Assembly (NCBI GenBank): GCA_030324005.1
Contig: JARDVH010000163.1
Coordinates: 63,338,880-63,402,879, forward strand
Direction: 5' to 3'
Source: Negaprion brevirostris
Lineage: Eukaryota
DNA length: 64,000 bases
Each line of letters begins with the position of its first letter. Within the stretch, counting starts at the first letter, position 1. A program made the translations under genes and the position numbers. Under the pieces are notes generated by a model, which searched no databases, was not told where the DNA came from, and saw only the letters and a list, made by a program, of their open reading frames with translations. Of this stretch, positions 56,858-64,000 are shown one piece after another.

Positions 56858-58523
56858 TTAACAGGAGCCGAATTGAGCCCATTCTGGAGCATCCTCACAA
56901 AGCGTTCTGTACAAATGGACTCCAGAAGTTAACTAGAATAACCACAACGCTTTACACTGGAACCTCGATTATCTGCCAATGTGGGACAGAATTCTTCCCC
57001 AGCAGGAAACAGGAATTGGCAGACAATCGAAAGTCCCCTAATACTTAGACTGATACCAAGATTTTTCAAACTTCCAATTGATTTTAGATTAATTAATGAG
57101 GATGAATTAATTGCATGTGCAATTAAGACCCACATTTTTTTCATTTAAACATGAGTATCCTCAAATAAATACCAGCACTTCAACTCCTGCTGAGCTCCGA
57201 GACACAAAGCTCTAACCACTACTGGGCTCTCAGACAAAATGCATTGACTCACATTGTGCACCCACACTCAAAGCCTAACATTAGAACAGTGAATTCTGTC
57301 AGGTACCAGTCATTCAGTACCTACTAATTCTGTTGGATGAAGAATCCAGAAGTTGTGAAAATTCTATTTATAAACATTTCACTATGTATTAATTGTAAAA
57401 TTATATGCAACTAAACAGGGTCTCCCATGAAATTTATAATTGGGTATAACTGAGTGTCCAGATGGCAGGTATGTCTATAATTGAAGTTCCACTGTGCTAA
57501 ATAGACAATACCTAAGCTGTTGAGCTTCTGCACTACCAAGGACAGTGCACACACTGCCACACTGGTGTTAACAACTGGAAGAAACAGTGACTATACCTGC
57601 ACCATTTAAAGGTCAACATGGCATCTCTAGAATATAACGTTCTTTGGAGTCCATATGCAAATACTGTCCTGATGTCTCTTTCTGTTTTAACACTTCCTAC
57701 AATGCACTTTTTACATAGCATTAACTCCCAGTCACATCATTCATAGAAGCAGGGATGAGGGAAGTTACAAAAGAATACTACAAGTTAGATTGCAGAAATG
57801 GCATTGGGAAATGTAGTGTGCTAAGGGAGGTAGACCATTCGATTTCATTGTTAAAAAAATGTGATTGTGTATTTTCAAATCAGATAACCACAATAACCCA
57901 CTCAATGATTTTCTGACCCAAGAAGTGAAAAGTATCTGCAAATGTGAAATCTAAAAGTGCAGGTGTCACATTGCAAGTATTATACATTCAAAACATGCAG
58001 CTCAATCAGCCACACTTGGTGCAAGCACTTCAGTGTTGCACATCCAGTCTTCAACATCTCCAGACACATCAACTTTAGTCATAGTAGTGTATGCTGCTGC
58101 TAGTTTACTGATATTTACCTTCTGGTTATTTACTGACACTAGCTGCCTCTGGTATGCTGTGCCAACACACCACAGCCCAAAATCAGAGTTTAATCAGGAC
58201 ATAGATTGGCATTAATCTGGCATTGCAGATCTTAAAAGAACAGCTGGAAACAGAACACACTCCTAGGATCCATGGAAAATACCTTGCCTCACCTAGCTGC
58301 TAAGTGGATTGGTTTAGCTCCATTATCCAAATGGAAAGGTTTTCGAATGAGCTAATGTTACAACATAGTCTGTCACAATACTGGAAAAAACTGTGACATA
58401 ATTTTCTCAAAGTAATGGAAACCCAGATGAAATGGGATAATTTAATTTTTTAAAAACCGTTCTCCCTGGAAGTGAATTCAAAGTACGCGATAAGCAAAAG
58501 TTACAGTCTGCAAAGCCCGCCAC

Positions 58524-59261
<738 letters not shown>

Positions 59262-59899
59262 TTACATTCTCAGATGGATTTTTGTTTCTGTTTCACATGA
59301 AAGTCTCATCCATAAACACTTTAAGCAAAGATTTCAGTTCAGATACTTTGTTTTAGGGAATATTTTGTGTCCCCAGCACCATGCATGAAGGTCTTTTGCT
59401 GCTCAAGACAATGGAGTCCATACTCATACAGCTACCTCTCCAAGCATGTTTACATACGATAATCTCAGCAAGTACTTCAAATGGGGATATAAATCAGGAA
59501 TGATGGAAAGGGCACCCTCATCCAGTATCAACATTAAATATGGTAAAACTAACAGAGCAGCCTATTCATCTGTCAGTGGCAGCAAAGGTGTAACAGCACA
59601 TTGTGAGGAGCTCAAAGTTGGTACTTTATGCAACTACTGCACATTAACACAAGTAAGGTAGAGCAATGACATCAAGTCTCGGTACAATCTGGGGATCTCT
59701 GGGCCATCTATATTAACTTTGCATTTGCAGACATAGGAAGTTCATTGCTAATACAGGGAGTTAGTTCTGTATGAAACGGACAGACTGAACATTACCATGA
59801 AAAGACTACTAACTGAAGTTGGGCCTCCGACAACCGCATGAGAAATATTCAGAAGTGGTATAAGATGCATGAGAAACTTAAAACCCGAGAAGTCAAACT

Positions 59900-60790
59900 G
59901 GGATAGATATGGAAAAAGTTGAATATTAACGGAGGAAAAAGAGATGAGGCTGTGACAATTAAATGAATCAGGGGAAGAGAAATGACAGAGAAACCAGAAA
60001 AATAATTCAGTTAAAAAGCACAATTGTGTACTGAACATTTGGTCTAACAGATGAAATACAAATAAATGACTGAAATACATTTCTGGAGCTCAGTATATAA
60101 TATTTTATATCCTGGAACTGACTAACATTCATGACCCAATAAGAATTCAGCTCAACAGCAGAACTTCATTAAGGACAACTATGTATAGAATGTGAGTAAT
60201 AGGGTACAGAGCAGGACAAGGATGAATATACTATTAAACAGTATTGGGAATTAAACACTCTGATTAGAAAGTCTTGAGGAGAAAGGCTACAGAAGAAAAA
60301 TTAATGAAAATATCCTGCATCAAATAAAAGAAATATAAAAAACAGAATTTTCAATACAAAGACAAGAAAGAAAAGGTGTGCTACATGGGAAATGTGGTTG
60401 GAACGACTGAGTAGAAGAATTTAAAAAATGCAAAACCGCTATTTGGGAGTGAGTGAATACATCCTAGTGAATGGTGACCACTGAAGCCCAGAGAAACGAG
60501 AACTGCTGGTAATTATCACTATTGGAATAAGGAAGGTGTGATTGAGACTACTCAGTCAACATTGCAGACCTGCAAAAACCTCAACAGAAAACATGATTTG
60601 TGTCCGTAAATGCCCGAGGCAGCAGGCTTTCAATCTCAGCCTGGGCCACGAAAGGATTCACCAGGATAAAACACAGAACCTTCAAAGTGCAACTGGGAAA
60701 AATGGAATGGGGAACCTCTGTGCATGAATAGAAAGGAATGGATTTTGTTGGCCTTGATAAAAGATTTGATACAAGCTATCTGACTAAGTG
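59900..60790 (+). mobile_element. Possible highly decayed L1-like ORF1 region
   Basis: Strongly A/purine-skewed plus strand; faint IGIKEG-like remnant near 60520. Confidence 0.25.
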
Positions 60791-61134
60791 GTCAAGATAT
60801 TACATTGTTGAGATGGAGGGGGAGAAAGAAACTTCAGAAAAAAGGAAAAGTTACAAGTAAGCACAGTATCAAGAGCAGTGTTACTGTAGCTACTGAGAAA
60901 TATAGTCTTGCAGCCCAATAATACACTATCAATAGGATATCTCCTGAAGCAAGAAAATGAGAAGTCTCACCCACACCTGGCACAAATGCACATTCATTTG
61001 GGACACCAGTTTGCCAATATAATTCCAACTGTCAGTTTTCCTGATGACATCAGTTTTTGTCATTAGAAATGTATCACTACTACAGAAACAGCTGAGTTCG
61101 ACATCACCGTTCTCGATTGCTGTAACATAAGTTA

Positions 61135-61797
61135 TATTCTCCCACCACCTCCCCAGGCAGCGCGTTCCAGACATTCAGCAACCTCTATGCAAAAAAACGT
61201 TTCCCCACGCACCTTAAACCTATGTCCCCTAGTACTTGACTCTTCTACCCTAGGAGAAAGCATCTGACTATCCACTCTGTCTATGCCACTCATAATCTTG
61301 TAAACTTCTATCAGGTCACCCCTCAATCTCCGTCATTCCAGTGAGAACAAAGCAAGTTTAGCCGACCTCTACTATAGCTAATACCCTCCACACCAGGCAA
61401 TATCTGTACCCTCTTCAAAGCATCCACATTCTTCTGATAGTGTGGTGACCAGAATTGTACATAATATTCCAAATGAGGCCTAGCTAAGGTTCTGTACAGC
61501 TGAAGCATTGATCTGCCAACTTTTATACTCAATATTCCTTCCGATGAAGGCAAGCATGCCGTATGTCTTCTTGACTACCTTATCCACCTGCGTTGCCACT
61601 TCTAGTGATTGGTGGGGATGTACGCCCAGATCTCCCTGCTTGTCAACACTCCTAAGGGTTCTATCATTTACTGTATAGTAATTGCTACATGCATTGGACC
61701 TTCCAGGATGCATTACTTCACATTAGTCCTGATTATATTCCATTTCTCCACCCAAGTCTCCAACCAGTCTCTACCCTGCTGTATCCTCTGACGGTCC
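61135..61797 (-). mobile_element. CR1-like LINE 3' fragment
   Basis: LQLYRTLARPHLEYYVQFWSPHY, RGDLIEVYKIMSGIDRVDS, STRGHRFKVRG. Confidence 0.9.
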
Positions 61798-62544
61798 TCA
61801 AGAGTGTCGAAATATGAAAAACAGAAGTTGTGTATTGCTGCCTCCATGACAGTGCCTCTGGAGATGATAATTGTTTATGTTGGTGGGGCTTCCATTTAAC
61901 AATTACAATCTTTTGTTGATATAGAGTATTTATCATGGAAAAATATCCCAAAGCACTTCAGATGAGCAGAAATAGACTAAGATTGTCCCTGTGCCAAAGG
62001 AGATAAGATAGAAATGTGGAACAAACAACCAAATGGACTAAAAGCTCGGCCTTATAGGTAGATTTTGAAGAAGATCTCAAAGGGGCAAGAGAGAAATGGA
62101 GGGGATTAGAGCAGGAATTCCAGAGCTTAGGTCCCAGCTAACTGAAGGCACAGCAGTCAGTGTTTGGGCGGAGAAAGTGGGAGAGGCACAAGAGAATTCC
62201 TTTGGAAGCTGTAATGCTGTCTCATTTACTTTGCAACAATGATGGCGAAATCAGGGCTACTAATCGCAGCCCTGTCACATGTCAGGCACAAGTTAAAACT
62301 GGCAGGGCTCATTTCACAGAGGATCAGAGCAGTTGCTGGAAAGAACATACCATCAGCCCCATCTGTTTGGATCCAAACTGAGATAGCAGAGATGAAAGAG
62401 CATTGTTCTAACCCACTGTGGCACCCAGTCCGTTTCACGCGGCCCGCAAGTGGAGACAGGACACTGCCTGTATTTCGCTCCAAGGATTCAACAGAGATAG
62501 ATCATTTAAGAGAATTACGGAGCCGAAGCAAAATTTAAAGTTTA

Positions 62545-62790
62545 TTTATTAGCCACCAGTAAGGCTTACATTAACACTGCAATGAAGTGACTGTGAAATT
62601 CCCCTAGTCGCCACACTACGGCACCTGTTCAGGCCAATGCACCTAACCAGCACGTCTTTCAGAGAAGAAACCGGAGCACCCGAAAGAAACCCATACAGAC
62701 ACAGGGAGAACATGCAAACTCCACATAGTGACCCAAGCCAGGAATTGAAGCCAGGTCCCTGACACTGTGAGGCAGCAGTACTAACCATTC
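62545..62790 (-). mobile_element. V-domain SINE with non-CR1 tail
   Basis: ggttagtactgctgcctcacagtgtcagggacc head; tail gtaagccttactggtggctaataaataaac. Confidence 0.8.
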
Positions 62791-63464
62791 AGCACCTTCA
62801 ATGCTATTACCCAATGACTCTTTAAAATATTTCCTTAGAAGAGAACTGGAAGCAGGGATTCTACTCAAGCCCAGTTTTAATCTTTGGGTGATAATGTCAG
62901 TCGTTTGACATTTCCCTGCGAGGTCCATGATCAGCCAGCTACAAGATCATTGCCAGTAAATGCTTCACACTCACAGGATTCAAGCTAATTTAATTCTTTT
63001 CAATTTTTGGTTTTGATTGCTCTTTAATTGGAAAGTAATTAACTCTCTTACAGTCAAACAATTATTTGGTACGTCTAAATATGCTTGAGGTTCAGTTCTA
63101 ATGTATAAGAATTTTCAATCTCCAGGGTTACCAGTTCAAAGCTGCGTCGTGCGAGGCAAAAAAACAATGATGATTTTTTTTGTAGCAGCACTGCAACATC
63201 ATAGTAAAACCAAAGGCTTGAAAATTAGGCACCTTGGACTTGAACCTAACGTGCACCAGCTGCTGAAGCGGTCTTCATGCAGATATGAATTTTAAACAAA
63301 TCCACTCAACTTTAGCAATACATTTCCCCAAATGTTTAACCTTCTTTTCTGTTTTTGTTTTGTTACTAGTCAAAATGGTTTCTCAAGGAATGTTTTTCAT
63401 GCATCCCCAAAAGGACTTTATACAAATGCCCAGCAATTGTGGGATAATGTTTCATAAGTAGAGC

Positions 63465-63740
63465 TTATTTATGGTCACAAGTAGGATTACATTAACATTG
63501 CAATGCAGTTACTGTGACAATCCCCTAGTCACCATATTCCAGTGCCTGTTTGGGTACACTGAGGGAGAATTTAGCATGGTCACTGCACCNNNNNNNNNNT
63601 GGGAGGAAACTGGAGCACCTGGAGGAAACCCATGCAGACACGGGGAGAATGTGCTGACTCTGCACAGACAGTGACCCAAACTGGAAATCTAACCCAGGTC
63701 CCTGACACTGTGAGACAGCAGTGCTAACCACTGTGCCAAC
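63465..63740 (-). mobile_element. V-domain SINE, same subfamily as 62545-62790
   Basis: Shared ttacattaaca..gcaatg..gt.actgtga..a.tcccctagtc tail and V domain. Confidence 0.8.
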
Positions 63741-64000
63741 CTGGGCACTGGACTCCATTTTATGGAAGGAGTTGGGGAGTAGAGATGGGAACTGTGTAAG
63801 CCTGCCCTCCAGCCATAACATGGCCAAATTGGGCAAATTGGCTAACAGTGGGATCTCCTTCCCTCACAGGAAAGGAGGTCTGCCCTCAGGAGTTACCGGC
63901 CAGTTTGATAGACAAACAGCTCCAGCAATCTCAGCAGTGTCGAGAGCTCAATAGTTGTAATATTGAGACTACCTTTATCTCAGCAAGAAGACCCGATGGA

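Overview
Eukaryotic (vertebrate) genomic DNA, most likely from a shark or other elasmobranch, judging by the V-domain HE1-like SINEs, CR1/HER1-like LINE relics and ~38-40% GC (estimated by eye). The window holds the 3' part of WDR33 (CPSF subunit that reads AAUAAA) on the minus strand. I traced the exons equivalent to human exons 6-22 by GT-AG sites and phase continuity; the 5' exons lie beyond position 64000. Main highlights: (1) exon 6 has a weak donor and reads through into a 121-codon hydrophobic intronic ORF ending in a cluster of AATAAA hexamers. It matches my recollection of the human non-canonical membrane isoform WDR33v2, implying this intronic-polyadenylation isoform is ancient in jawed vertebrates. 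(2) The exon-21 homolog has TAG where human has Trp, keeps a perfect GTAAGT donor, and sits beside a perfect 21-bp hairpin and a 20-bp palindrome; it is a candidate poison, edited or decaying exon. (3) A duplicated ~140-bp element with preserved stems lies in the 21-kb intron 7. The rest is LINE/SINE/MITE debris and several N gaps. Exon numbers and human comparisons are from memory; repeat boundaries are approximate.
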